Shown here: one piece after another, positions 29,171 through 39,665 of the stretch
Position numbering within the stretch: the first letter of the stretch is position 1
Layout: every line of letters begins with the position of its first letter
Source of the DNA: an uncultured Clostridia bacterium
GTDB taxonomy: Bacteria > Bacillota > Clostridia > TANB77 > CAG-508
Length of the DNA: 64,000 nucleotides
Reading direction: 5' to 3'
Assembly (NCBI GenBank): GCA_947629555.1
Contig: CANRED010000002.1
Span: 3,071-67,070 of the forward strand
Position numbers and translations under genes: made by a program
Notes under the pieces: generated by a model
The model's database searches: none
What the model saw: the letters and a program-made list of their open reading frames with translations, nothing else
What the model was told of the DNA's origin: nothing

Positions 29171-30373
29171 ATGAAAATATTAGCAATATGTCAACATTAT
29201 TATCCAGAGCAATTTAGAATAACAGATATATGTGAAACTCTTGCTAATCAAAGAAATGATGTTACTATATTAGCGGGATTACCAAACTATCCAACAGGCA
29301 TAGTTCCTAAAGAATATAAATTTTTTAGAAAAAGAAAAGAAATAATAAACAATGTTAAAGTAATAAGATGTTTTGAAATAGGAAGAAGAAAAGGAAAAAT
29401 TTGGAGAATATTAAATTACTTAAGTTATATGATTTCTGCAAGTTTTAAAGCAATATTTTTAAAAAGAGATTTTGATGCTATATATGTATATCAATTATCT
29501 CCTATAACAATGGCGATACCAGCTATTATATATAAAAAAACTCATAAAAATAAAAAAATTAATTTATATTGCTTAGACTTATGGCCAGATAGCCTTTTAG
29601 TTGAAAATTTTAGTAAAGACGGAAAAGTATATAAAATAACAAAAAAACTTAGCAAATGGGTTTATAATAAATTCGATTCAATATCAGTAAGTTCTGAAGA
29701 ATTTAAAAACTATTTTAGAGAAGAACTAAACATTGATAAAGACATTGTTTATATGCCACAATATGCTGAAGATTTATTTAGTAATATAGAACAAAAATCA
29801 ATAAATAAAAGTGATTCCATTAATTTGGTTTTTGCTGGAAATATAGGAAAAGCACAAAGTGTTGAAACAATAATAAGTGCTGCTTCAAAATTAGAAAATC
29901 AGAAAATAAAAATACATATTGTAGGTGATGGAACTTCTTTAGAAGAGTGTAAGGAATTAGCTAAAAAACTGGGAGTAGATAATATAACATTTTATGGAAG
30001 AAAACCAATAGAAGAAATGAATTATTATTATAATATGGCAGATGCAATGCTAATAACATTATCCAATAATGAGGTGATTAATAAGACTATACCTGGAAAA
30101 TTGCAATCATATATGGCTGCAAGAAAACCAGTTATTGGTGCTATAAGTGGTGCAGCAAATAATATAATAAAAGAATCCGAATGTGGATATTGTGTAGATT
30201 CAGAAGATTACATAGGTTTAGCAGATATAATGGATAAATTTGCTTTAGATAGTGCAGAAGGAAAAATTAAAATGGCTAATAATTCTTATAATTATTATAA
30301 AGAAAACTTTGCTAAAGAAAAGTTTATAAATAAATTATTAAATATATTACAAGGGGGAATTAATAATGTTTAA
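29171..30373 (+). CDS. GT4 glycosyltransferase, WbuB-like (candidate L-FucNAc transferase)
   Basis: The N-terminus MKILAICQHYYPEQFRITDICE resembles WbuB-type enzymes. It is adjacent to fnlABC-like genes. Confidence 0.6.
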   Translation: MKILAICQHYYPEQFRITDICETLANQRNDVTILAGLPNYPTGIVPKEYKFFRKRKEIINNVKVIRCFEIGRRKGKIWRILNYLSYMISASFKAIFLKRDFDAIYVYQLSPITMAIPAIIYKKTHKNKKINLYCLDLWPDSLLVENFSKDGKVYKITKKLSKWVYNKFDSISVSSEEFKNYFREELNIDKDIVYMPQYAEDLFSNIEQKSINKSDSINLVFAGNIGKAQSVETIISAASKLENQKIKIHIVGDGTSLEECKELAKKLGVDNITFYGRKPIEEMNYYYNMADAMLITLSNNEVINKTIPGKLQSYMAARKPVIGAISGAANNIIKESECGYCVDSEDYIGLADIMDKFALDSAEGKIKMANNSYNYYKENFAKEKFINKLLNILQGGINNV

Positions 30374-31388
30374 AGGAAAAACTTTAATGATTACAGGAGG
30401 TACAGGTTCTTTTGGACATGCTGTGCTAAATAGATTTTTAGATACTGATATAGGAGAAATTCGTATATTTTCACGTGATGAAAAAAAGCAAGATGACATG
30501 AGAAAAGAATATAATAATGATAAAATAAAATTTTATATAGGAGATGTTCGTGATATATCAAGTGTGAGAAATGCTATGCATGGTGTAGATTATATTTTTC
30601 ATGCAGCAGCATTAAAACAAGTACCAAGTTGTGAGTTCTTTCCGCTAGAAGCTGTTAAAACTAATGTACTAGGAACTGAAAATGTATTACAAGCTGCAAT
30701 AGATGAAGGTGTTAAAAAAGTAATTTGTCTTTCAACAGATAAGGCTGCATATCCAGTAAACGCAATGGGAACATCAAAAGCAATGATGGAAAAAGTAGTA
30801 GTTGCAAAATCTAGAACTGTTGACCCAAATAAAACAACAATATGTGCTACAAGATATGGAAATGTTATGTGTTCAAGAGGTTCAGTAATACCTTTATTCA
30901 TAGATCAAATAAAAGCAGGTAAACCATTAACTATTACAGAACCTAAAATGACTCGTTTCATTATGAGCTTAGAAGAAGCAGTTGAACTTGTTGTATTTGC
31001 TTTCCAAAATGCAAGCTCAGGAGATATAATGGTACAAAAAGCACCAGCATGCACTATTGAAGTATTAGCACAAGCTGTAAAAGAACTTTTTGGAGCAACA
31101 GATACAGAAACAAAAATTATTGGAATACGTCATGGAGAAAAAATGGATGAAACTCTTCTTACAAGAGAAGAATGTGCACATGCTATTGATATGGGAAATT
31201 TTTATAGAGTTCCATGTGATAAAAGAGATTTAAACTATGATAAATATTTCGTTGATGGAAATCAAAAAATGGTGCAAATACCAGAATTTAATTCTAACAA
31301 TACGGAATTATTAAATGTAGAGCAAGTAAAAGAAAAGCTATTAGAATTAGATTACATAAAAAATGAATTAGCAAATTGGAAAAAATAA
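30366..31388 (+). CDS. UDP-GlcNAc 4,6-dehydratase/5-epimerase (FnlA/CapE/WbjB type)
   Basis: LMITGGTGSFG Rossmann motif and CapE-like sequence throughout. First gene of the three-gene L-FucNAc set. Confidence 0.85.
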   Translation: MFKGKTLMITGGTGSFGHAVLNRFLDTDIGEIRIFSRDEKKQDDMRKEYNNDKIKFYIGDVRDISSVRNAMHGVDYIFHAAALKQVPSCEFFPLEAVKTNVLGTENVLQAAIDEGVKKVICLSTDKAAYPVNAMGTSKAMMEKVVVAKSRTVDPNKTTICATRYGNVMCSRGSVIPLFIDQIKAGKPLTITEPKMTRFIMSLEEAVELVVFAFQNASSGDIMVQKAPACTIEVLAQAVKELFGATDTETKIIGIRHGEKMDETLLTREECAHAIDMGNFYRVPCDKRDLNYDKYFVDGNQKMVQIPEFNSNNTELLNVEQVKEKLLELDYIKNELANWKK

Positions 31389-31416
31389 TATTGTTTTTTT
31401 CGGGAGGAAAAAAGTT

Positions 31417-32526
31417 TTGAAGATATTAGTAACAGGAGCTAAAGGGTTTATTGGTAAAAATCTTATAGCTGAATTAAAAAATAGAAATTGCAATGAAATA
31501 TATGAATGTGATATAGATACAACAGATGAAGAATTAGATGAATATGCTAAAAACTGTGAATTCGTAGTTCATTTAGCAGGAGTTAATAGACCAGAAAAAG
31601 AAGAAGACTTTATGAAAGGAAACTTCGGATTTACATCTGTTCTATTAGGAAAATTAAAAAAATATGAAAACAAATGTCCTGTATTAGTTACATCATCAAT
31701 TCAAGCTAAATTAGATAATCCTTATGGAATAAGTAAAAAAGCAGGAGAAGACTTGATGTTTTCTTATTCAAAAGAAACAAACGCAAAAGTTATAGTATAT
31801 AGGTTACCAAATGTATTTGGAAAATGGTGCAGACCAAACTATAATAGTGCTGTTGCAACATTTTGCAATAATATAGCAAGAAATTTAGAAATAAAGGTTA
31901 ATGATCCTAAAGTAGTAATGCAATTAGTATATATAGATGATGTAGTAGAAGAAATAATTTCTGCATTAAATGGAAAGGAACATATAGATAATAATTTTGG
32001 ATATATTCCAACTGTACATACAATAACATTAGGAGAAATAGTGGATTTACTATATAGTTTTAAAAAGTCAAGAGAAAATTTAATGTTACCTAATATGAAA
32101 GATGAATTTACAAAAAAACTATATAGTACATATTTAAGTTATTTACCAGAAAATGAGTTTAATTATACTTTAAAAATGAATGTAGATAATAGAGGTTCTT
32201 TCACAGAAATGTTAAAAACAATTGATAGAGGCCAAGTATCTATAAATATATCAAAACCTGGAATTGTAAAGGGAAACCATTGGCATCATACAAAAAATGA
32301 AAAATTTATTGTAGTAAGCGGAAAAGGAGTAATACGTTTTAGAAAAATAGATTCTAGCGAAGTAATTGAATATTTTGTAAGTGGAGACAAAATAGAGGTA
32401 GTTGATATTCCATGTGGATATACACATAATATTGAAAATATAGGTGATACAGATTTAGTAACTGTAATGTGGGCTAACGAAATATTTAATCCTGATAAAC
32501 CAGATACATATTATATGGAGGTATAG
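31417..32526 (+). CDS. UDP-2-acetamido-2,6-dideoxy-hexulose reductase (FnlB/CapF/WbjC type)
   Basis: N-terminal SDR fold (ILVTGAKGFIGKN) plus a C-terminal cupin-like domain (GNHWHHTKNEKF). TTG start after GGGAGG. Confidence 0.8.
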   Translation: MKILVTGAKGFIGKNLIAELKNRNCNEIYECDIDTTDEELDEYAKNCEFVVHLAGVNRPEKEEDFMKGNFGFTSVLLGKLKKYENKCPVLVTSSIQAKLDNPYGISKKAGEDLMFSYSKETNAKVIVYRLPNVFGKWCRPNYNSAVATFCNNIARNLEIKVNDPKVVMQLVYIDDVVEEIISALNGKEHIDNNFGYIPTVHTITLGEIVDLLYSFKKSRENLMLPNMKDEFTKKLYSTYLSYLPENEFNYTLKMNVDNRGSFTEMLKTIDRGQVSINISKPGIVKGNHWHHTKNEKFIVVSGKGVIRFRKIDSSEVIEYFVSGDKIEVVDIPCGYTHNIENIGDTDLVTVMWANEIFNPDKPDTYYMEV

Positions 32527-32530
32527 TAAA

Positions 32531-33655
32531 ATGGAAAAATTAAAATTAATGACAATAATTGGTACGAGACCTGAAATAATAAGACTTTCAGCAGTTATTA
32601 AATGCGCAGACAAATATTTTAATCATGTATTAGTTCATACAGGACAGAATTGGGATTACACATTAAATCAAGTTTTTTTTGATGATTTAGGATTACGAGC
32701 ACCAGATTATTATTTAGATAGTGTTGGAAAAGACTTGGGAGAAACTATGGGGAATATTATAGCTAAGTCTTATGATGTTATGCTAAAAGAAAAACCAGAT
32801 GCTGTACTTTTATTAGGGGATACAAATTCAGCTTTATCTGCAATTTCAGCAAAAAGATTAAAAATACCAATTTTCCATATGGAAGCGGGAAATAGATGTT
32901 GGGATTGGAATGTATCTGAAATGATTAATAGAAAAATAGTTGATCATATTTCTGATATAAATTTACCATATACAGAACACTCAAGAAGATATTTACTTTC
33001 AGAAGGAATAGATGGAAAAACAATATTTGTTACAGGTTCACCTATGAGAGAAGTTTTAAGAGACCATATAGAGCAAATAGAAAAAAGTGATATTCTAGAA
33101 AAATTAAATTTAGAGAAGAATAAATACATATTATTATCATCTCATAGAGAAGAAAATATAGATAATGAAGAAAATTTCATGTCATTAATGAGTGCAGTTA
33201 ATGACATTGCAGAGAAATATCAAATGCCAGTTATATATTCAACACATCCAAGAAGTCAAAAATATATAGATAAAAGAAATTTCAAATTTCATCCATTAGT
33301 ACAAAATTTAAAGCCATTTGGGTTTATGGATTATAATAAATTACAAAAAAATGCTTATTGTGTCTTATCAGATAGCGGAACATTATCTGAAGAAAGTGCT
33401 ATGCTTGGCTTTGCAGGAGTATTAATACGTACATCAACAGAAAGACCAGAAGTATTAGATAAAGGTTCTGTTGTAATTGGCGGAATTACAGACAAGACTG
33501 TCGAACAGGCTTTAGAACTTGCAGTATCAATGAGAGACAATAACGAAGAAGTTGTTATGGCAGAAGATTATGCAGATACAAATGTTTCTGTTAAAGTAGT
33601 AAAAATAATACAAAGTTATACAGACATAGTAAATAGAACAGTTTGGGGGAAATAA
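32531..33655 (+). CDS. non-hydrolysing UDP-HexNAc 2-epimerase (FnlC/CapG/WbjD type)
   Basis: The GTRPEIIRL N-terminal motif and HTGQNWDY are typical of WecB-like epimerases. Third gene of the set. Confidence 0.85.
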   Translation: MEKLKLMTIIGTRPEIIRLSAVIKCADKYFNHVLVHTGQNWDYTLNQVFFDDLGLRAPDYYLDSVGKDLGETMGNIIAKSYDVMLKEKPDAVLLLGDTNSALSAISAKRLKIPIFHMEAGNRCWDWNVSEMINRKIVDHISDINLPYTEHSRRYLLSEGIDGKTIFVTGSPMREVLRDHIEQIEKSDILEKLNLEKNKYILLSSHREENIDNEENFMSLMSAVNDIAEKYQMPVIYSTHPRSQKYIDKRNFKFHPLVQNLKPFGFMDYNKLQKNAYCVLSDSGTLSEESAMLGFAGVLIRTSTERPEVLDKGSVVIGGITDKTVEQALELAVSMRDNNEEVVMAEDYADTNVSVKVVKIIQSYTDIVNRTVWGK

Positions 33656-34840
33656 ATGGAAAAAAAACTTGTACAAATTAATGTAGTATGTAATGGAAGT
33701 ACAGGTAGAATAATGACTCAGATTCAGCAAAAAGCAGTAGAAAATGGTTGGAAAGCATATTCATTTTATGGAAGAGGAAAACCTGCCAATGAATATTGTT
33801 ACAAAATATGCAATAAATTAGATATTTTATGGAGTGTGTTCCTTACAAGAGTTTTTGATAAACACGGGTATGGATGTAAAAGAGCGACTAAAAAATTAAT
33901 AAGGCGAATAGAAAAAATAAATCCAGATGTTATACAACTACATAATATTCACGGATATTACTTGAATATAAAAATTTTATTTAATTATTTAAAAAATTGC
34001 AATAAAAAAATAGTATGGACATTGCATGATTGTTGGGCTTTTACAGGACATTGTGCTCATTTTACAATGAAAGGCTGTAATAAATGGCAAATACAGTGTG
34101 AAAATTGTCCACAGAAGAAGACATATCCTATCAGCAATTTAATAGATAATTCCAAGAAAGCATATAACCAAAAGAAAGAATTATTTACTAATATAAAAAA
34201 CTTAACTATTATAACACCATCAGAATGGTTAGCAAAATTAGTAAAACAGTCTTTTTTAGGTAATTATAATGTAAAAGTTATTAATAATGGAATTGATTTA
34301 GAAGTTTTTAAGCCTACTGCAACAATAGATATAAGAAAAAAATATAATATTCCAGCAGATAAGAAAATAATATTAGGTGTTGCTGCAATTTGGAATCAAA
34401 AAAAAGGACTAGATGAATTTATTGAGTTAAATAAATATATAAGTTCAGAATTTCAAATTGTACTAGTAGGCTTAAATAAAAAACAAATACAAGAATTACC
34501 TAAAAGTATGATAGGAATTGAAAGAACAGAAAATGTTGAGGAACTGGCAAACTTATATTCTACAGCATTTGTATTTGTTAATCCTACCTTTGAAGATAAT
34601 TTTCCAACCACAAATTTGGAAGCATTAGCTTGTGGAACACCTGTAATTACGTATGATACAGGAGGAAGTGCAGAATGTTTAAATGATGATGTAGGAAAAA
34701 AAGTAAATACTGGTGATATTAAATCATTATTTGAGGCTATTAATCAAATTGATAAAAATTCAGAATTATGCTGTAGTAGAGGACAAGAATTTGATTCAGA
34801 AAATGTATATAATAAATACTTAAAAATATATAATGAATAA
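33656..34840 (+). CDS. group 1 glycosyltransferase (WcaC-like, Cys-rich insert)
   Basis: HDCWAFTGHCAHF...C..W..C..CP insert and a C-terminal GT-B EX7E region (EDNFPTTNLEALACGTPVI). Confidence 0.7.
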   Translation: MEKKLVQINVVCNGSTGRIMTQIQQKAVENGWKAYSFYGRGKPANEYCYKICNKLDILWSVFLTRVFDKHGYGCKRATKKLIRRIEKINPDVIQLHNIHGYYLNIKILFNYLKNCNKKIVWTLHDCWAFTGHCAHFTMKGCNKWQIQCENCPQKKTYPISNLIDNSKKAYNQKKELFTNIKNLTIITPSEWLAKLVKQSFLGNYNVKVINNGIDLEVFKPTATIDIRKKYNIPADKKIILGVAAIWNQKKGLDEFIELNKYISSEFQIVLVGLNKKQIQELPKSMIGIERTENVEELANLYSTAFVFVNPTFEDNFPTTNLEALACGTPVITYDTGGSAECLNDDVGKKVNTGDIKSLFEAINQIDKNSELCCSRGQEFDSENVYNKYLKIYNE

Positions 34841-34877
34841 TTTAATTAATATTTATGTAAAATATGAAAGGTAAAGT

Positions 34878-35993
34878 ATGAAAGTATTAGTTCTTACAAA
34901 TATTCCATCTCCATATAGAGTGGATTTCTTTAATGAATTAACAAAATACTGTGAATTAACTGTATTGTATGAAAGAAATAATGCAAAAACTAGAGATGCT
35001 AATTGGTTAAAAGCAGATAACATTAAATTTAATATCGAGTACTTAAAAGGAATAAAATATGGAGAAGATTTAAGTTTCTCTATTTCCGTATTAAAGTATT
35101 TAAAAGACAAAAGCTATGATATTATATTGATAAGTGGATATAGCAGTTTAACTACTATGCTTGCTATTAGATATTTAAGTAAAAACAAAAGAGAATTTGT
35201 ATTTAATTGTGATGGTGGTTTAATAAAAGAAGATAGAAAAATTGTAAAAAAAATAAAAGAATATTTTATTTCAAAACCTACATATTGGCTTAGCACTGGT
35301 AAATCAACTGATGATTATCTACAGCATTACGGTGCAAATAAAGATAGAATATTTAGATATCCTTTTACCTCTATACGACAAGATGAAATAATGGAAAATA
35401 AATTAAAAGAAGATGAAATAAATAATATAAAAAATGAATTAGGTATAAAAGAACAAAAAGTATGCATTTCTGTAGGACGATTTATATATGGGAAGGGATT
35501 TGATATATTAATAAAATCAGCTCAGTTTGTTGATTCCAATATAGGTATATATATAATAGGTGGAAATCCTACAAACGAGTATAAAAATTTAATTGAAAGT
35601 TTAAAACTAAATAATATTCATTTCGTTGAATTTAAGACTAAAGTAGAATTAAATAAATATTATAAAATTGCAGATGTATTTGCACTTCCAACGAGAAGTG
35701 ATGTATGGGGATTAGTAGTAAATGAGGCAATGGCAAACGGATTACCAATTATAACAACAAATAAATGCGTTGCTGGTTTAGAATTAATAGAAGATAACAA
35801 AAATGGATATATAATACCAGTAGATGAATATAAAATTTTAGCAGAAAAAATAAATGAAATATGTAGTAATCAAACTTTAAAAGAAGATATGGGTAAACAT
35901 AATATAGAAAAAATTAAAAAATATACTGTAGAAAATATGGCATTAGAATATATGAAAATTTTTAAATATATATTAAAGGAAAAAGAAAAATGA
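34878..35993 (+). CDS. group 1 glycosyltransferase
   Basis: GT-B C-terminal motif (WGLVVNEAMANGLPIITT). Confidence 0.75.
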   Translation: MKVLVLTNIPSPYRVDFFNELTKYCELTVLYERNNAKTRDANWLKADNIKFNIEYLKGIKYGEDLSFSISVLKYLKDKSYDIILISGYSSLTTMLAIRYLSKNKREFVFNCDGGLIKEDRKIVKKIKEYFISKPTYWLSTGKSTDDYLQHYGANKDRIFRYPFTSIRQDEIMENKLKEDEINNIKNELGIKEQKVCISVGRFIYGKGFDILIKSAQFVDSNIGIYIIGGNPTNEYKNLIESLKLNNIHFVEFKTKVELNKYYKIADVFALPTRSDVWGLVVNEAMANGLPIITTNKCVAGLELIEDNKNGYIIPVDEYKILAEKINEICSNQTLKEDMGKHNIEKIKKYTVENMALEYMKIFKYILKEKEK

Positions 35994-37153
35994 AAATAGT
36001 TTATGTATCTAGTTTAATATCAAATAAAAAAATAAATTATATTATAAATAATTCAAAAGAAAAACCGCTACAATCCGTACAAAAATATCACAGAATGATA
36101 TGTGAAGGATTTGCAAAAAATGGTGTAAATATACAAACATTATCAGCAATTCCAATGTCATCAAAAATATGCAAAAAAAAGATATGGTTTGAAAAGCAAG
36201 AAAAAGAAAATGGAGTTATATATACATATTTGCCATTTATTAATATAAAAGTTATTAGACAAATTTGCTTATTTTTATTTTCTATTATTTTACTTTTAAA
36301 AGAGTGTATTTATCATCGAAAAGAAAAAGTATTTATTTGTGACTTTCTAAATACTACTATTTCTACTACTACATTAATAATGTGTAAAGTATTTAGAATA
36401 AAATGTGTTGCTGTTGTAACAGATCTTCCTAAAGATATAGGAGGAAAATATAGTATTAGTAGAAAAATAAATAAATTTTTACAAAATAAGTATGATGCAT
36501 ACATATTAGTAACAAAGTATATGAATGATATATTAAATAAAGGAAATAGAAAACCATATATAATTATAGAAGGTTTGACAAATGTAGAGTTAATCGATAA
36601 TAAAAGTTATAATAAATATTCTAATAAAGTGTGTATGTATGCAGGTGGATTATATGAAAAATATGGAGTTAAAAATTTAATAGATGCAATTTTGCAAATA
36701 GACAAAAATGATATAGAATTACATTTATATGGTTCAGGAGATTTAGAAAATTATATAAAAAGCCTTAATAATAAAAAAATAGTATATAAAGGAGTTGTTA
36801 CGAATGATAAAATTATGGAGGAAGAGCGAAAAGTAACATTATTAATAAATCCAAGATTTATAAATGGCGATTACACTAGATATTCTTTTCCATCAAAAAA
36901 TATGGAATATATGTCATCTGGAACACCTGTATTAACTACTAAATTAGCAGGAATACCAGAAGAATATTACGAATACACTTATTGCTTTGAAGGCGAAAGT
37001 GTAAAAGAATATGCTAATAAAATTAATGAAGTTTTAAATAAAACTAAATCAGAATTAGATGAAAAGGGAAAAAAAGCCCAAGAGTTTGTCTTAAAAAATA
37101 AAAATAATATTGCTCAAACAGAAAGAGTAATCAAATGGTTACAAAAAGTTTAA
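35990..37153 (+). CDS. group 1 glycosyltransferase
   Basis: GT-B C-terminal motif (FPSKNMEYMSSGTPVLTT). Its start overlaps the previous stop. Confidence 0.7.
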   Translation: MKIVYVSSLISNKKINYIINNSKEKPLQSVQKYHRMICEGFAKNGVNIQTLSAIPMSSKICKKKIWFEKQEKENGVIYTYLPFINIKVIRQICLFLFSIILLLKECIYHRKEKVFICDFLNTTISTTTLIMCKVFRIKCVAVVTDLPKDIGGKYSISRKINKFLQNKYDAYILVTKYMNDILNKGNRKPYIIIEGLTNVELIDNKSYNKYSNKVCMYAGGLYEKYGVKNLIDAILQIDKNDIELHLYGSGDLENYIKSLNNKKIVYKGVVTNDKIMEEERKVTLLINPRFINGDYTRYSFPSKNMEYMSSGTPVLTTKLAGIPEEYYEYTYCFEGESVKEYANKINEVLNKTKSELDEKGKKAQEFVLKNKNNIAQTERVIKWLQKV

Positions 37154-37169
37154 AATTGGAGGCAGTTAA

Positions 37170-38426
37170 ATGATAAAATCCATGGATAAAATAATGAATA
37201 AATTAAGCTCAAATTCAAATAAAATTTTTGACTTTTATATAATATTATTAATATGTTCGATTATAGTATTTAGTAGAAATACTATGATAACAAGTTGCAT
37301 CATAGGATTTGAAAATTCATTTTTTTTAGTAGCAATTTTGTTTATTCCATTGTATATTATTGCATTAAAAAAATTAATACATAGACAGATAAATTTAAAA
37401 AAGTTGATAGGAATTTTTGTTATGATTGTAGCTGTAGTATTATCAATAATATTAAAAAAAGATATACAATTTTACAATTTTTCTATATTATATTATATTC
37501 TTTCTTCTATAATATTGATTTTAACAGTAGATTCAAAAAAAATACAAAAATATTATATTAATATAATGTTTGTAATAGCAATATTTTCTTTAATTACAAC
37601 ATATTTAATTAAGCCACTTATATTTATATTTAGATTAGAAAATTTAATAAAAGATACATGCTTTATTATAACAAATTCAAGCAATTATTATTTCTTAAAT
37701 TTAGGATTAGGATTTGCACTTTTTGATAGGAGCTATGATAGAAATTATGGAATTTTTACTGAACCAAGCTTCTTTCAATTTTATCTAATAATATCTATTG
37801 TAATGTTAATATTCTTGAAAAATAAGAGAAAAATAGATTGGGGTAAAATTGTAATTTTTATGCTTACTGTATATACTACAAAATCTGCTGTTGGAGTTAT
37901 TGTGCTAGCTCTTGTAGTTGCTACTTATGTATTTAAATATATAATAGACAATAGGAAAGATTATAAAAAAATATGTAAAATATTAGTATGTATATCTATT
38001 GCATTAGTTATTCTATTATGCATACCAAATATACGAAAAAATATAAACTTTATTTATGAAAAAATTACAATTAAGAACGAATCTTCAATATCTCGTTTCG
38101 GTAGTATAGAATATACAGTTAAAAATTTTATAAGTAGTCCTATTATAGGAAATAAAATTAGTGATATCTTGAAATATGAAAATGACTTAACAAATACTAT
38201 TTTTACAATAGGTGCAGTTTATGGAATAATACCATTTTTATGTGTAATATATTTTACAGCAAAACTATCATTGAAATTTAAAGAGAAAAAGATTATTGCT
38301 TTTTGTATTTTTATCATTTTTATGTTAGCAAGTAATTCGCATTTATTTATTGGTATACATTCTTTTTGGATGATTCTATTATTAAGTTATGGGGAGGTAA
38401 AGAATGAAAGTACTTTGGATAGTTAA
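37170..38426 (+). CDS. O-antigen/oligosaccharide repeat-unit polymerase (Wzy-like)
   Basis: About 10 or more predicted TM helices and a very hydrophobic, AT-skewed gene. Its position between glycosyltransferases in a Wzx-containing locus fits a polymerase. Confidence 0.55.
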   Translation: MIKSMDKIMNKLSSNSNKIFDFYIILLICSIIVFSRNTMITSCIIGFENSFFLVAILFIPLYIIALKKLIHRQINLKKLIGIFVMIVAVVLSIILKKDIQFYNFSILYYILSSIILILTVDSKKIQKYYINIMFVIAIFSLITTYLIKPLIFIFRLENLIKDTCFIITNSSNYYFLNLGLGFALFDRSYDRNYGIFTEPSFFQFYLIISIVMLIFLKNKRKIDWGKIVIFMLTVYTTKSAVGVIVLALVVATYVFKYIIDNRKDYKKICKILVCISIALVILLCIPNIRKNINFIYEKITIKNESSISRFGSIEYTVKNFISSPIIGNKISDILKYENDLTNTIFTIGAVYGIIPFLCVIYFTAKLSLKFKEKKIIAFCIFIIFMLASNSHLFIGIHSFWMILLLSYGEVKNESTLDS

Positions 38427-39663
38427 TACAATTTTCCCATATCCAGCAGAACAAATTGGAATAGATAAAACGGCTTTTGGTGGATGGCTTAATGGATTAT
38501 CAACTAGTTTAAAGAAATACGATAATATAGAATTAGCTATAGCAACTTTATATAATGGTAAAAATATAAAAAAATTCGATGATGGAAAAGTTATTTATTA
38601 TTTAATTCCAGGCATTTTTAATGAAAAATATGACAAAAAATTAGAGAAATATTGGAAAGAAATAAATGCTGATTTTAAACCAGATTTAGTTCATATACAT
38701 GGAACAGAATTTCCTCATGGACTTGCATATCAAAATGCATGTAAAGACACAAAAACTATTGTATCAATTCAGGGATTAGTATCATCAATTGCAAAAGTTT
38801 ATCTAGCCAATATACATGTAAAAGAAATTATAAAAAATATTACATTAAGAGATATATTGAAAAAAGACAATATTTTACAAGCACAAAAGAAATTTTATAA
38901 AAGAGGAATTTATGAAAAAGAAATAATCAAAAATGCTACTGCAATACTTGGAAGAACAACTTGGGATTATGCAAATTGCAAAGCTATAAATGATAAGTTA
39001 ACATATTACACTTTGAATGAAACGTTAAGAGATGAATTTTATAAAAATAATTGGGATATTAACAATGTAGAAAAACATACAATTTTCATAAGTCAAGGAG
39101 CATATCCAATAAAAGGATTGCATTATGCACTTAAAGCACTGAACATTATGAAAAATAAATATCCAGATGTGAAATTATATGTTGCTGGTGATAATATAAC
39201 TAAAAGAAATACATTAGAACAAAAGTTAAAACTTTCTGGATATGGAAGGTACATAATAAATTTAATTGAAAAATATAAATTAAATAATAATGTTATTTTT
39301 TTAGATGTACTTAGTGAAGAAAAAATATTGGATAGATTATTAAAAACACATGTATTTGTTAGTCCTTCGGCTATAGAAAATAGTTCTAATTCATTGGGAG
39401 AAGCAATGCTGTTAGGAATGCCTTGTGTAGCATCAAATGTAGGTGGAACAATGGACATGTTAGTTCATAAAAAAGAAGGATTTTTATATCCATATACAGA
39501 ACCAGCTATGCTTGCTTATTACATATCACAGTATTTTGAAAATAATGATTTATGTATAGAATATGGAAAAAATGCAAAACAAGTTGCAAGTCAGAGACAT
39601 AATCCACAAGAAAACACAAAAAAAATTATAGACATTTATAAAAGTATTATAGGGGAGGATTAA
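38404..39663 (+). CDS. group 1 glycosyltransferase
   Basis: GT-B C-terminal motif (ENSSNSLGEAMLLGMPCVASNVGG). Confidence 0.75.
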   Translation: MKVLWIVNTIFPYPAEQIGIDKTAFGGWLNGLSTSLKKYDNIELAIATLYNGKNIKKFDDGKVIYYLIPGIFNEKYDKKLEKYWKEINADFKPDLVHIHGTEFPHGLAYQNACKDTKTIVSIQGLVSSIAKVYLANIHVKEIIKNITLRDILKKDNILQAQKKFYKRGIYEKEIIKNATAILGRTTWDYANCKAINDKLTYYTLNETLRDEFYKNNWDINNVEKHTIFISQGAYPIKGLHYALKALNIMKNKYPDVKLYVAGDNITKRNTLEQKLKLSGYGRYIINLIEKYKLNNNVIFLDVLSEEKILDRLLKTHVFVSPSAIENSSNSLGEAMLLGMPCVASNVGGTMDMLVHKKEGFLYPYTEPAMLAYYISQYFENNDLCIEYGKNAKQVASQRHNPQENTKKIIDIYKSIIGED

Positions 39664-39665
39664 AT